Below are positions 63,361 to 64,000 of a stretch of 64,000 nt of DNA, piece after piece. The DNA comes from Gemmatimonadales bacterium (GTDB taxonomy: Bacteria > Gemmatimonadota > Gemmatimonadetes > Gemmatimonadales > GWC2-71-9). The stretch's first letter is position 1; every line of letters begins with the position of its first letter. Where the stretch lies: assembly GCA_036267775.1 (NCBI GenBank), contig DATAVM010000108.1, positions 5,845-69,844 of the forward strand, in the 5' to 3' direction. Both the position numbers and the translations under genes were made by a program. Under the pieces are notes generated by a model. It saw only the letters and a program-made list of their open reading frames with translations, did no database searches and was not told the origin of the DNA.

Positions 63361-63835
63361 GTTATCCGGAGCGCAGCGACGGATCTCGGCGCGGGCAGAC
63401 CATGGGACAGTGGTGCTACGCGCCTGCAGTGCGATCCCTGCACCCCGACCCGCCCCGATGGCGCACTGACGCCGCTTCGCACCACCGTCCCATGATCCGC
63501 CCCGTGATTCGTGCCACGGGGTTGTGCCGGCGGAGCTTCGCGGGGCGAGCACGACAGCCGACCAGAGGAAGGCGCGGGTGTCTGAGCAGCGCGCCTCTGT
63601 CTGGGTAAGCGATCTCGCGTCTGCGGCGCGCGCGAGTTCCGCGCCGACGAGTGGGCGGTCTGGCGTGTTCGCCTCCCGGACTAGTGGTCTGCTTTCCTGT
63701 CCAACACGCCAGCGGCAGGCTTGACGTCGCATTGAGCACGAGATCCTTCGCTCCGCTCCTGCCCAGCACGCCCTCCCACGATTGCGGGTCGGCCTGCTAG
63801 TATATCATTTACGTCGCCCTGGCCGGAGAACGACG

Positions 63836-64000
63836 TGGCAACAGCCAAGCAGTGGCATTGGATGATCGAAGCAGCACAAACCACGGCCTTTTTCGGGGTG
63901 GTCTACGTGATCATCCGTGTTGTGGGCGGCACGTCCTATAAGCCCACCATTGCCATGCCTCCCACTGTCCGAATCGCAGGGCTCGTCGCCGCTATCGCTC
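63836..64000 (+). CDS. Possible 5' end of a membrane protein gene (runs off the window)
   Basis: An open frame from the GTG at 63836 (or the ATG at 63862) gives ...MIEAAQTTAFFGVVYVIIRVVGGTSYKPTIAMPPTVRIAGLVAAIA, with hydrophobic helices. It is too short to assess. Confidence 0.25.

Noticed and set aside
1-64000. Search for CRISPR arrays, IS elements, integrases, prophage genes or compositional islands.
   Set aside because: No spaced direct repeats, transposase or integrase motifs, or long AT-rich tracts were seen. The only AT-rich patches are short intergenic regulatory regions (16440-16500, 21720-21790, 63180-63300).

Overview
The window is a very GC-rich, densely coding bacterial chromosomal segment. 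It contains no rRNA, tRNA, CRISPR array, transposase or integrase. I cannot determine taxonomy without a database search. The gene content (many BlaI/BlaR-like and ECF-sigma modules, HEAT-repeat secreted proteins, few Shine-Dalgarno sequences) would fit a soil lineage such as Gemmatimonadota or Acidobacteriota.

Most of the window is housekeeping or core metabolism:
- SpoU methylase (partial) and an EamA transporter.
- A dienelactone hydrolase/lipoprotein operon flanked by two paralogous small secreted proteins.
- A gyrA / PLP-dehydratase / REC-GAF-GGDEF operon.
- A LuxR response regulator followed by a NodT-MFP-RND efflux operon.
- gcvT-gcvH-gcvP.
- A BlaI/BlaR1 pair with a clear operator/promoter.
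- Slt lytic transglycosylase, a DAACS symporter and tkt-tal.
- A GT-C-like membrane protein divergent from an ECF sigma / anti-sigma / HEAT / HEAT operon, followed by a membrane-anchored pseudokinase.
- A stand-alone HNH endonuclease.
- An actinobacterial-type fused E2-E1 2-oxoglutarate dehydrogenase (OdhA/Kgd-like).
- fadI-fadJ, a HAD phosphatase and a DUF885 lipoprotein.
- A nine-gene, translationally coupled arginine operon: argG, an unknown gene, argC, argD, argF', argB, argE-like, argH, argR.

Two loci stand out.
1. Bases 46353-51475 encode a PglX/Eco57I-like N6-adenine DNA methyltransferase with its own target-recognition domain, followed immediately by an SNF2-family helicase. No recognisable nuclease or other known partner genes are present. 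This is my best candidate for an undescribed DNA-modification or defence-like module.
2. Bases 60895-61980 encode an uncharacterised P-loop protein wedged between argG and argC, in an operon that otherwise lacks the first step of the pathway (argA/argJ).

The many long ORFs antisense to real genes are high-GC artefacts and were rejected.
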